DNA of 63,299 nucleotides, the filler included, from Choristocarpus tenellus KU-1152 (lineage: Eukaryota; Protista; Phaeophyceae): the NCBI GenBank assembly GCA_964200185.2. It is 10 parts of 10 records of this genome, joined end to end, with 100 filler letters (N's around TTAATTAATTAA, not from the genome) between each part and the next. Parts side by side here need not be neighbours in the genome. Positions count along the whole stretch, not along the records: positions 1 to 5,139 come from CAXNAD020011752.1; positions 5,240 to 8,156 come from CAXNAD020023672.1; positions 8,257 to 15,302 come from CAXNAD020006796.1; 7 more parts are not named here. One strand, written 5' to 3'. Shown piece after piece: positions 1-11,138 of this stretch. The notes under the pieces are model-generated. The model did not search any database and was not told where the DNA came from. It was given only the letters and a program-made list of their open reading frames with translations. A program made the translations under genes and the position numbers. Position 1 is the first letter of the stretch. The number at the start of each line of letters is the position of its first letter.

Positions 1-900
1 CTCCCAGCTACTTTGGGTCTCCTCTGCAGAGACCTAGACCGTCTCCACTGTTCAGCATCTGGGTCTGCACCTGTAGGTGTGTCTCCAAGCATTGAGATTT
101 CACTGATACACCCTTCTTGGAAGGAATATATGGTATCAGGCGAGTCAGCAACTTCCATTATCTTCTCCTGGGCTCATAGAGATGTACTGTCCGCCCATTC
201 CATGGTTGGGTCCACTGGTTGTGTGTGTGTGTGGGAGGTGGACTAAGTAGCTGAGGTGGGCAGAGAGGTTTCAGGCACTGCGGAGCCATGCAAATTGTTT
301 ATCCTCCATCCCCCTATCTATGTGCTTGGAAAGATCTCGTGACCCAGAGCTCTCCCAGAACTCAATCCATACCAGCACAGACAATATTGAATGTGCCTAC
401 GGGAGCACCAAGGCCGATGAAACCACTGGTATCTGGGGAAAAGTTGGAAGTCTAACTCTGACTAAAGGTTGGTGGCCCTTGGGGGAGGTAAACAAAGATA
501 TTTTACACATATTGGAGAATCCCACCCAGATTAGGTCTGTCTTGACTTGGGAAAAAGCTCCATGGAGGCAGAATCGATCCCACGGGAAGAAAGGGATGAA
601 TATCCAAGATAACTTCTGGAGCAGACCCTGTGAGGGTCAATAGTGGTCTGGATATTATTGAGTGTGTTGGAGGTGCCAGGTGTCGACCAGGAGGGGACCT
701 AGTGAGTCACCCTGTTGGTCTCCCCGAAGAGATGGTAGGATTCTGAACCCCTTTCCATCCAGTGGAAAGAGTAGCTCCAGTGAACGGCCGTAAACCTTCT
801 TGATATAGGGGAGGAGCTCAAGAAGGACATGGCGGAGGGCCTCCTCAATGAAGTCGTGGTTATGTACACTGCCGAAGGCGTTTTTCCCGTCAAGCCTTAA
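1..900 (-). mobile_element. Degenerate non-LTR retrotransposon reverse transcriptase fragment (CRE/SLACS-like clade)
   Basis: Minus-strand frame 900-655, absent from the ORF track because it has no start codon, reads LRLDGKNAFGSV...LPYIKKVYG...RGDQQGDSLGPLL, matching non-LTR RT motifs D-x-x-NAF and QGDPLGPLL. Further pieces in other frames include LGAPVGT and a GDGLGL post-RT motif. Stops and frameshifts are present. Confidence 0.75.
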
Positions 901-3900
901 GACTCATTCGCAATAATATTCGTTCCGTTTAGAAGTTTTGGACGATTGTAGGTGAGGAACATCAAATATTTATGAGTAGAGAACCAAGAAATTATTATTA
1001 AATTACCGCTTCCCTAAGATACCTACTCCACATAACTGCAGTGCGCGATTAGAACTGCGCGCACAACGATAACACAACCCCTCATTCCCAACCTGTAATT
1101 TTCTGAAAGGAGGTGCTTGCTTCCCACTTGTGTCATGGGACGGGGGTCTCTAGTCATGCTTCTTGCAGTCGGTGGGTCCTTCTTGAACTACAAGGCACTA
1201 GCTAAATCCTTGCCGTTTGCTGAACACTTTCCATGTGTTCTCATGAACCCTGCACCCTTCCAGACTTTTTCGTCCCATTTCCACCTTGGATGAGTTGCAT
1301 CGACCCAGCCATGCCAAACGGAGACTTCCAATGTTCGTTTTTTCGTGCGCAAGGACTGTCATGAATACCGTGTATTTGGTTGTAGGGAGCTTCGGAATGT
1401 CTTGTGTGAGTTCAACATCAATCTTTGACGACGTTCAAGTCAGTTGGATTGCCCACATAAAGCCCTTTAGATGTTGCGAGGTGTATAGAAGATGGTATTT
1501 CGGCTCCCTCGTCACCTGTGTATGGAAGCACTCACTCAAAAGACTAAAACCTGCCAACTACCGTCACCCTGCTAGGCCTTCGGCCGACAAGCTTTTCTGC
1601 TGGGTTCACTCAACGAGTGGTGACGCTTGTCAAACAATCCCTTTACAAAGGAAACTGCCAAACGGCTCGAGCTTCGCAACTCTCCGCAACATCCGGCTGC
1701 AGGCTAGTCGGAAACGGTGAGCATGATAAGGACAAGGTTGTTCGCACTTGTTGCCGATCTTTCAGTTACCTACAATTACATTGCGAACCATTCGCACCAC
1801 AATCGTGTTACTGTTCTTCAGGCCTACCATCAGCACTTTGCTATTCTCATAGATATTTCTTTCCCCCCACAATACACCACTGGCCTTCCACCCTTGTGAA
1901 GTTCCCCTTCCGTGACACACGCAATCCGGCGACCATGATTTAGGCTGTGAGCGACTACGTCGCCTCTGCAATATCTATACCTCTCCTCATGGTTATCTTG
2001 TACTCTCATTACTGGATCATTACTGGATTATTCTCTCAAGGTGCACGAGCACATCATAGGGTAGGATTGAAGGTGCGGAGTGGGTTTCATATGTGCGCCA
2101 ATGGATCTGGAGGACCCGTTACAGTGGATGAGCGTGTTGCATTATCTGGGTAAGTCATGATTATGGCAATGTTTGTTTATACGTGTCACATGTATGGCTT
2201 AGTGATATTTTTTATGCAGTCAGCAGTGCGAGGGAAGATATTTTTTCGCTACACTATCCGTTGCTCCAATTTTAGGTACCGTGGCATTTCACGATGCAAG
2301 CTTTGCTTGAATTGTTGGCTGATGTTGGCAATAGTGTTCTGCTTGAGCTCAGGCTTGTCTCTGGTGACCTACTCAAAGGGTGTGTTTGCTTCTCTTGTCA
2401 CATGTCCTATAAGAAGTGTTTGAATAGGATGATCGATTGGTTGTGATAACATTCTGTACTCAACCTTTCAGCTCCTGGGCTGAGTGATTATATTTCAAGT
2501 AGATGGTGCTTATGGAACCGCTGCTGTAGAATCTTGTGTGAGCTAGGTGTCATTTCCTGCGGGAAGGGGAGATTTTCCAGTAGACCAGGATAGTGGCTTT
2601 AGTGGAGTGCTAGAATTCCTCCTGAAGCTGATGGCTATGGTGCCTTCTGAAGCATGTACTGGACCTGTGTGGGTGCATGATTGCATATTTGGTTGGCATT
2701 TTGGCACGCAATTGACATTTCCAAGTGCCACATGTTGGTCCCTTCCACTAGGGAATTTTGCGTGTATATCGTCCCTTATCCGTCGATATGGACTATCTCT
2801 GTTGGTGTGAACATGCATGGTACATGTAAGCTGACAACCACTGTGGAGTGGTTGACTTGGATGAGTGTGTGTGGTTGATGTGTGTGATCAAGTGTATTTG
2901 CAAATATCCTACTTGCTCTCGAGGATTTTGGAAGTGTGGATGGGCTGAGGCATATCCTACAGTAGACTTGTAGCAAGCAACCTCAATTAAAAAGTAATCA
3001 CTGTCGAATGTATTTTATGGGTATTGCGCAGGCATTTTACTGCATATCTCAGCCAAATCTCAACTGTAGTGAAATAATATTAATATTATGAACGGTAAAT
3101 GTTGTGGAACAAGATGAGAAATTTTTGTACTTGCAGAACAGCGGTATTGTAGTATGCCTCAAATGGGTGATTGGGGAGGTACAAAACTACAATTTTAGGG
3201 CACTGCCCTAACATTCTCAGGCACTTTTGAGCTGAGGTGGTTATTAGGTTTTTTGTAAAACTCTGTGTGGTGATATTGTCAAAGAATATGAGACGAAAGA
3301 CAAAGAGGTCTTGAATGTACGTATTTTGTTTTGTTTTCTGCAATGCCCTGTTTTGGAAATGGTGCTGTTTATTGTTCCAGGCGACAGCATGGCAAGGTGG
3401 TTGCTGTCTGAGTCGCTTTGGCAGCAATGGGCTAAACTCTGAACTCTCATTATTCCTTTTTTCTTTAACAGTGGTTAATATTGTTTTTGTAATTTTTTTT
3501 CTGTTGGTATATTCTCTGCACAGCTTTTTGAAAGGAAGTACTGCTGATTCTGCTCAATCTCTAATTTATCCTATATAATCATTTTACAAATTTATGTAAG
3601 ACTTCTGCTTGAACAAAAGAGGTCATTTCACGGTGAAGTTCAAGTTGGTTGCATGCATGGAGTACATGCTTATACATGTAACTGAGTATGTTCGAGAAAT
3701 TCGATCTAGTCTGTCGTACCTATGTATATGCAGTAGACGTTGAAATAATGTATTTTCTAGAGTACAGAACATTCTGATGCGCCACAGGGCGATGCAGTTT
3801 TGTAATACACTGTGCTGGACTGATGTACTACTTCTGTATGTGATTTCCTATTTTGTGTAGCCATTCCAGCTGCAGAGGCTGCTCTGCAGGGTCCTATGAC

Positions 3901-4785
3901 CTCATCCTATGTTGTACCCTGTCCTTTTTGGCACGCATACCAACCGGAGGCTTGAGGCCCACAATGGATGCCACCAAAGTCAGTTCCAGGACTAACTAAT
4001 AATCTCTCTACTTTTGGGTATCAGGTTATCCTTTTTGATTTTTTTGTTATTGATTTCTGGTTGTTCTTTGGTGCCCATATCGTGTGTGCGGTGCTTTTTG
4101 CCCTTGTCAGTGACTTGGGGGGAGGGGAGAAGACACAGCTGGGGGACCAGGAACCAGCGTTGATGTTGACAGGCGGGGGGCGTGCGACACGCACGAGAGT
4201 GAAGGAAATAATGGAGGTTTGAACTGCTGTTTTTTTTATATGCTAGGTTGCTATTTCACTGTGGGTTTGTATGTCTGGGAGTTGTACAAGACTGTGTCCA
4301 TGTGTTCTTGTTCTTTGCAGTGGTGGATCACCTCTTTAACTGAGCAGCTTTTGTTTGACCCTATACTAAAGGGTAGATATCCATTCTTGTGCTGTTATAG
4401 GGTATCTGCTGATACGATATGGGATAGGATTGTCGTAGGAAGCTGATGGTGAAATTTTATGGTTATTTTTGTGTTTGGTGTGCTACTAATACGTTGCAAG
4501 CGCCCCGATTAGCAATTGTGCACGCTGAAAAAGTTGTTGGTGATGAGAACTTGGGGAGGCGATTTTTTTGTAGCAGTGTGTTTGTGTGTTTCCATTTTTG
4601 TGAGTATATGCATTTATACCTGAATGTATGTCTGAGTATATGTGTTGCTTGTTTCATTATCATTTCGATGGTGTGTTTAATAATAATAGTAATAATAATA
4701 AAAATGAGGTGAATAAATATGTAGCACTTCTGCAGACAGGATGATCACTTGTCTTCCTGCTGGTTGCATTGTTGTGACAACACAG

Positions 4786-4908
4786 GCCACCGATGACAGC
4801 CTCCTGGGCAAAACGGTTGTTGTGAAGGGCTGGGTCAGGACCAAGAGGGACCAAAAGACATTCTCCTTCATAGAGCTCAACGACGGTTCCTGCATGCGGG
4901 GGTTGCAG
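4786..4908 (+). CDS. asnS: Asparaginyl-tRNA synthetase, one internal exon of the anticodon-binding OB domain; gene cut by contig end
   Basis: ATDDSLLGKTVVVKGWVRTKRDQKTFSFIELNDGSCMRGLQ matches the AsnRS GWVRTxR...FxxLNDGS...LQ signature. Acceptor cacag at 4781-4785; likely donor CAG|GCAAGG. Confidence 0.85.
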
Positions 4909-5139
4909 GCAAGGTTTGGGAGTGGTGGGGTGGGAGGTCAGGGGAGGAAGGAGATCGTTAGTAAGTGTTTTGTCATGGTCCTAGTTATGATAGATAACAT
5001 CGGACAAGGGTACATGAGGGGATGGTGCTATGGATTTGTGTGTGTTGGGTAATTGAGTGTTTCTCTTCAACACAGTCATGTTTATACTATGTAGGTTGGC
5101 TGTTCCTCTTTCTCTTTTTTGACACCTGCTGTCCCCCCC

Positions 5140-5239
5140 NNNNNNNNNNNNNNNNNNNNNNNNNNNNNNNNNNNNNNNNNNNNTTAATTAATTAANNNNN
5201 NNNNNNNNNNNNNNNNNNNNNNNNNNNNNNNNNNNNNNN
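5140..5239. other. Artificial contig-joining spacer
   Basis: N44-TTAATTAATTAA-N44; identical structure at nine sites. Confidence 0.97.
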
Positions 5240-5302
5240 AAACGGACGCCCCCTCACAAACCACCCCCCCCACCTCCCACCCCCCCCCAGATACTTTGAG
5301 TC
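5240..5302. mobile_element. Terminus of a poly-C-containing MITE-like element
   Basis: AAACGGACGCCCCTCA...CCCCAGATACTTTGAGTC resembles the contig start at 24914-24987 and shares the terminal AGATACTTTG motif with the complete MITEs. Confidence 0.6.
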
Positions 5303-5531
5303 TATCGTGTATTGCTGCCTTTCCCAGCAAGTTTATCCTTTCTCGCGTGGGAGATTAAAAAGGGAGATTTCCTCTAGTTTATTGTACAACCAAGCTCTTT
5401 TATCGGAACTCAAAAACGTTTTTACATAAATCAAATGAGCTGTTCTTTTTCTGTGAATATCTGTGGCTTCTGCTCATTTTTATTATTGTATTACTTGGAA
5501 GCAGAGTGTTACCACATACCTCTAGTGTGAT

Positions 5532-5568
5532 GGGTTAGGGTTAGGGTTAGGGTTAGGGTTAGGGTTAG
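5532..5568 (+). repeat. Interstitial telomere-type repeat (TTAGGG)5 + TTAG
   Basis: GGG(TTAGGG)5TTAG read directly, with non-telomeric sequence on both sides. Confidence 0.9.
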
Positions 5569-6407
5569 AACCACTTCACCCCCTTCTCATCTCCACAACC
5601 TATGACAAACAAAATATGAACAACAGTAGGGGTAACTTTGATCCATAAATGTAGGGCATTATATTTTGGAGAGTTAAGCCAAAGTTAGCTCATTTTTTTT
5701 ATTTCCTCTCTTTCAATAAACCACGGTACTAATACGTTGTCTTGTAGTTTCAATTGTGTTCCTGTGGAGTGGAAAGAGGTTAACTTTTGCATAGACAAGA
5801 TCATTTTGTTTAATTTGGAAGCTGTGAATATAGGACCGTTAAATGAGATACCTATGGATAGGTAGGTAGGTGTGGAAGAACTGGCTCTATAATTTTTGGT
5901 GCGAAATACCGAAGTAGTTGGACTGTTTTTGTAGTACCAACATGGATTACGTGAGTTCGAATCCCTTCGATTCCATACTTTTTTCCATCGAGACAATTTT
6001 TTAATGTAGAATAGCCTTTATGAAAATTTAATAATCAAGGTTGAAGGGAAGGGGGGTGGTATGATGATACTTACAGGTACCCGTTACTTCGCATCTAGCG
6101 GTATCTATCATACTAAGATCATTCTGCTTTCTTTTTTAATTTTTGCAGTTTGACGAGTATTTTTAACAATAATTGTAGAATGACGTTGCTTCATAATAAT
6201 AATTACACTACCACTATTATTGTTGTTGACGATGTTATCTATGTTTTCTTTCTAGCAAAGAGCACACTACGCAGACATGGAACTCCTCTTATGGTCTAGA
6301 AGAGTGTTCACTCACCTCTCCCCCCTCTCCCCCCCAAAGCATCACCATTCATAAAGATCATTCCCGTCCTATCTTACCCTTTCTTTCCCCTCCACCCCAA
6401 AACCGAA

Positions 6408-8156
6408 ATGAAGGTCCCAGAGGAGGATCACCCCTCCCCAGGTGGAGAGAGCATTGGAGTGGAAGCTGTTTCATTCTTACCGGTTTTGTTTTCACCATCA
6501 TCTTCAATGCACTGCCTCCCTCCTGACACTCCGGGTGGTGGAAGCTCCAGGAGCCTTTGGGGGGGGCTAGAACAGTCTGCTGCGGGCACTGGAGGACATC
6601 AGGTCCAATCGACCTTTCCCTTGTCCTCAAGGCGACCCCATTGCGCTGCCGAGTCTTGTAGAGGTGATCGTGGCGAGAGACACTGTAGAAGCAAGTCCTG
6701 GTCATCTTCTCCTGTTGAGTCCAGATTGCCTCGTGGCACTATTCGGACGCCCAGAGGTTCAGGTTCAGTTATGGGCGAGGGGTGTGGTACTGCACCCAGA
6801 GTACACAGATCCTGCTCTCCTTCGCCCTTGCCCTTGATGTGTGAGTGTTGCTGCGAGACTCCTCCGCATGTTCTAGACGATGAGAAGGGGGATGCACGTC
6901 AGAGAACCAGGATTTTGTTGAGTGGTGGAGACGATGGTCGGCGACACCACAAGAGTGAAGTCGGTGTTGTTGGCTGTGGAGAGAAGGGCCGGGAAGATCA
7001 TGATGGTTGTGGTGAAGGGGTTGAGAAGCGCTGCATTTGCAACAGAAACAGATCTGATGGGGGGAAGGGGATCAACAAAGCGACCATGAACTTGTCGTTA
7101 TCCTCTTGTAGATCTTCTGTTTTGCCGACTCCTCCATTGACCTCGTCTCCATTAGTCTCATCTCCGTTGGCCTCACCAAGGGTCGTGCATAGGTTGGGGC
7201 CCACGCCCAGGGCCAAGCATAATCGTGGTGCAGGAGGGGTACAGGATGATGTTGAGCAGGAAGAGGAGGAGTTGCGGGGAATGAGAATGAGCCCGGTTGT
7301 ATCAGTGACCGGGGTTAGGCACGCAATGAGATGTAAAGGGAAGGGATTATGCGGAAAAGGAAATGAAACGGGAGATGCGAACATTTCCGTTGAGTCCAGC
7401 ACATGCCAGAATGGATGCAGGAACATGTATGAGAAGGAAGGTATAGCGAGGCTGGGGGGTGCAGTGAGTGATGATTTTGGAGGTAGAAAGCATAGTAGGA
7501 ACTCTAGGGAGAGGATAAAGGCGAGGTCAAGGATAGTGGACAGTTTTGCTGAATCTTCAACCAGATCCCCTTGGCTATCCACTGGTGGAGATGATGGTCA
7601 TGCTGGCGAAGGCCACCGCCGAGGAACTGATACTGAGCAAAAAGTAACAGGGAAATGTATGCTTGCTCGCCATGAGTCATTAGTGACCTGTAGAAATGGA
7701 TTGAGGAAGCAGTCCAGAACAAGGGCTGCGTCCAGCTCAAGCTTGTACTCGCAATCTGCTGATCTTGCCAGGCATGCACCGAGGTTCAGTCCACCTGAGG
7801 TTCATGCTCATTTGGGGTCGGGTCTTGGACTCTCCATATCTCCCCAGGATGCAGGGCAGGCTAGGCATGAAGATGGTGACGATGAGATGTTTCGGGTTGG
7901 CGGTGGAGGTACTGCACGTGTTCATGGGACAATGGGGGGCTCTCCGAACACATTAACCCGACACAGACATTCACATAGGGGAGCTGGTTTGGCAAAGGGT
8001 AGGAGGATGTTAGCCAAGGGCAGAAGCAGTGGTGAGGTTGTTGATGATAACAATGATCATTTGTTTATTGAGCGCAAGAGGTTAGGATGGGGTGGGGGTC
8101 AGAGAGAAAGGAGCCCAGAACACATGAATAGTCAGGAGTATGTGGGTGCGGGGGTG
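6408..8156 (+). CDS. Long uninterrupted ORF (~583 codons, open into the gap); Ser/Gly/Arg-rich, probably disordered, possibly one large exon
   Basis: No stop over 1.75 kb; a pyrimidine tract upstream is compatible with a splice acceptor; no domain recognised. Confidence 0.5.
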
Positions 8157-8256
8157 NNNNNNNNNNNNNNNNNNNNNNNNNNNNNNNNNNNNNNNNNNNN
8201 TTAATTAATTAANNNNNNNNNNNNNNNNNNNNNNNNNNNNNNNNNNNNNNNNNNNN
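8157..8256. other. Artificial contig-joining spacer
   Basis: N44-TTAATTAATTAA-N44. Confidence 0.97.
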
Positions 8257-8414
8257 GGGGGTCTACACCAGGGTATCCATTTGGACCAAAATCCGGAAAA
8301 GTGCATTTACATTATCCATCTGACGTATGCAACCAAATGACCGAAAAATCGCGACATGAAAAAATTGACCCCTAATGGACAGCTTCCACACACACACCCC
8401 AGATACTTTGAGCC
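8257..8414. mobile_element. Short MITE-like element, left end cut by gap
   Basis: Starts GGGGGTCTACACCAGGG, the reverse complement of CCCTGGTGTAGACCCCC seen at 29866 next to CAGATACTGTG, and ends CCCCAGATACTTTGAGCC. Confidence 0.6.
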
Positions 8415-8756
8415 TGACATACAAGCAAAAAAATTCTTCCCAACAAAAATTAAACAAAAACGGTCTAAAATCCCATTTTTGGTGCCTACCTATTAGTTCC
8501 GTGATATTTCTCTAGCCCTACCGTTACGAAGGTGGGCGAGGAGAGGGATGGAAGAATCCCAAGTATGGTCATGTGTCGTAACAGCAAAAGAACCATCTGC
8601 CTGAAGATTTTTTGGCTACATTTTGGTACCCTGTTGTTGATTTGCCACACGAAGCAACGTCCTTAATGGGTGGTAGGGTGGGTTGCTCTTTGCTGACTGA
8701 TTGGTCGGTCATTAACTTCTTAGTTTCTTCTGAGGTATAGAAAGTATTGAACTACA

Positions 8757-8817
8757 TATTTTTATTATTATGCCCTCTCATATTTTCCAGATGTGTTAGG
8801 GGGAAAACCAATAAAAT
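8757..8817 (+). repeat. ~60-bp dispersed hairpin repeat, copy 1
   Basis: TTATTATTATGCCCTCTCATATTTTCCAGATGTGTTAGGGGGAAAACCAAT aligns by eye with 41322-41387 and both arms of 21841-22030. Confidence 0.75.
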
Positions 8818-8879
8818 CATTCACATGTCAGAAAAAACCCTAAAAAAGTGACAGTTGCAATTTTGAAAGACGTTCTATT

Positions 8880-9660
8880 TACTATTTTACTACTACCAGC
8901 TATGCTACACAGTTGCCTCCCTGTGCCTCCAACCTAACTTAGTCCTGCACCCCAGGTGAGGAGCTAGGGAAGCATCCCAAGAATCTAACAAGCTCCTCTG
9001 TCCCCCTCTCCCAGGTGTCTCCAGCTGAAAATGCATGACACATCTAGATAGGACCACTTGCGTAGTGACAGGCACTATCTGTCGTAGACGGGACTTAACA
9101 GCCCCTTTTCTGGCCTGTCCCTCTCCTTCCTACCACATGCATAGCAATCTCATCCAGAAAACTTTCCACTTGCTTACCGAGACGCCCAAGCTTTCCACCG
9201 TGAAGGTGTTGAGATAGAAACTACAAGGGTGAAGAGATCCCTCCTAGTGGGTGCGCTTTCACACCTCAGCTGCAGCAGCACTTACACCATTGCTGGTGGA
9301 TGAGTGTGGTAGGTGAGATGCTGCCTGCACTTCTACAAAAGTAACATCTAGAAGGAGGCCCTTGTCCTAGTAGGGAGCTGATCCGACGTCCACTAGTGCC
9401 CCAGCATGGAAGACTAGATCCATTCTGAAATTTCGGTCCACTGTATAAATGGGCTGCCATCCTCGGTAGTGCAAGGGATGTCCATTCCTTTGCAGAGTTG
9501 ACTTAGACGCTTCACCATTGTTGTGCGTTGGTGAACCTGCCCTCCTGCCCTTGGGAAGGTACGTGCATGTCTGGTATCTACATTTTGCCTCCTGCACCCA
9601 GTCACCGGGAACCTGTTCGAGAGGGCCTCCTCTCTCCCTAGTGTTGGCAATGAGTGTATA
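8880..9660 (-). mobile_element. Degenerate 3' end of a CRE/R2-type non-LTR retrotransposon (zinc knuckle remnant + restriction-like endonuclease)
   Basis: Joined frames read GCRRQNVDTRHARTFPRAGGQVHQ...FRMDLV...DKGLLLDVTFVE...AAAAEV*KRTH*...FTVESLG/RLGKQ...LRQIVPVTTQV, matching the R-x-D...DVT...E-x-x-K RLE pattern. A (TAG)-rich tail lies near 8880. Several stops and frameshifts. Confidence 0.7.
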
Positions 9661-9842
9661 TGTTCTTCTGATCTTTTTTATTGTAGATGTAGCGCCATGT
9701 AGCTGGCCCTGTGGCACACATTCGAATTACTAATCCCAAACCACCCTTTAATACACACCCAAATAAAATAACCTTGAATGTTGAGGGTCCGATTGCAGGG
9801 AGATCTCGTTGACATATTTCCTATATTCAAATTTCGAAGTTG

Positions 9843-11138
9843 ATGAAGGTGTTCCGTCGTGTGTGGTTTGGCCGGATTCTGCATTCTCTTCTCTTGCTGA
9901 CCTCGCTTGCGTCAGGGCTCCAAGCGGGCACACCTCCTCCTTCTAGGACAATTTCAATGGGATCGAACGGTATCATGAAGATTCCTAACATCCTCTACGG
10001 GACAGCTTGGAAGAAGGAGAGAACTGCAGAGCTTGTGAAAGAAGCAGTGCGATCTGGATTCCGTGGCATCGACACAGCCTGCCAGCCGAAGCACTACAAT
10101 GAGGCCGGGGTTGGAGAAGGTTGGAGATTGGCAGCAGAGGAGGCAGGACTTCCACGGGAAGCTTTCTTTCTGCAGACTAAGTTTACGCCTCTCTCTGGGC
10201 AAGATCCCGAGTCGTTACCGTATGATCTGACGGATTCTCTTGAAGATCAGGTCAGTAAGAAAGTGTGTGATAATGTAGACTGATATCGCAATATATTTTC
10301 TTCCTACAGTACGTTAGGAACTTGCCCGTCCCTTTCCCGTGATTTGATGAAGGCCTGGGGTGTCAACTTTCCTCGATTACTGTGATCTTTTCGTGTGTAG
10401 TGGGTACCTATCAATCGCCATATATTTTCCATTAGCTGACGTGAGCAGTGAGCTCGATCGTACAGAAACGGATTCTGTAATTTTTTTCTGTTTACTGAGC
10501 AGGTCAGGCAGAGTGTGGCGACGTCTCTCGTGAATCTGCGGACGACATATTTGGACAGTCTCATTCTTCACTCGCCCATGGGGACATTCGAGGAGACCCT
10601 CACCGTCTGGCGGGTTTTCGAGGAAGCTATGGCGGCCGGCCATGTACGAGGGAGGTTAGGCATATCCAACTGCTACGACCTCAACACCCTGAAGGCCCTG
10701 TGGAATGGGGCCACCTCGGTAAAGCCATCCATCCTGCAGAACCGGTTCTATGCAGCAACAGGGTTTGATGTCGACTTGCGCGCCTTTTGCAAAGAGAAAG
10801 GCATAACATACCAAACCTTTTGGACCCTCACAGCTAACCGTAATGCGTTGACTTCTCCAGAGGTGATGGCATTGGCGCAAGGGAGGGGACTCACGCCCCA
10901 GCAGACTATGTTTGCTTTCGTGAGTGGCACACTCGGACTTGTGCCACTGACTGGGACCTCGAGTTCGGACCACATGATTCAAGACTTGGAGGTGATTGAC
11001 CGTGTAGCACGGGAATCATCGTCATGCTCCACAGCCTCAGTGGTATCACCAGAAGACACCAGTACAGCAAAAAGGGTCTTGTTGGATGCTGAAGAGGTGC
11101 AGGTAATGTCGCAAGCGCTTGGCATACCTATGCCATAG
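9843..11138 (+). CDS. Aldo-keto reductase, 2 exons (9843-10250, 10503-11138), ~347 aa, with a hydrophobic N-terminal extension
   Basis: Motifs YGTAWKK, GFRGIDTACQPKHY, FLQTKFT, YLDSLILHSP, LGISN and LQNRFY give a D/Y/K/H tetrad. The phase-0 intron CAG|GTCAGT...GAGCAG|GTC joins the two ORFs in frame. Confidence 0.9.

Noticed and set aside
5184-5195. TTAATTAATTAA as a biological palindrome
   Set aside because: Always centred in N-runs of identical length; it is an assembly linker.
6998-7582. 194-aa minus-strand ORF
   Set aside because: Antisense shadow of the long plus-strand ORF.
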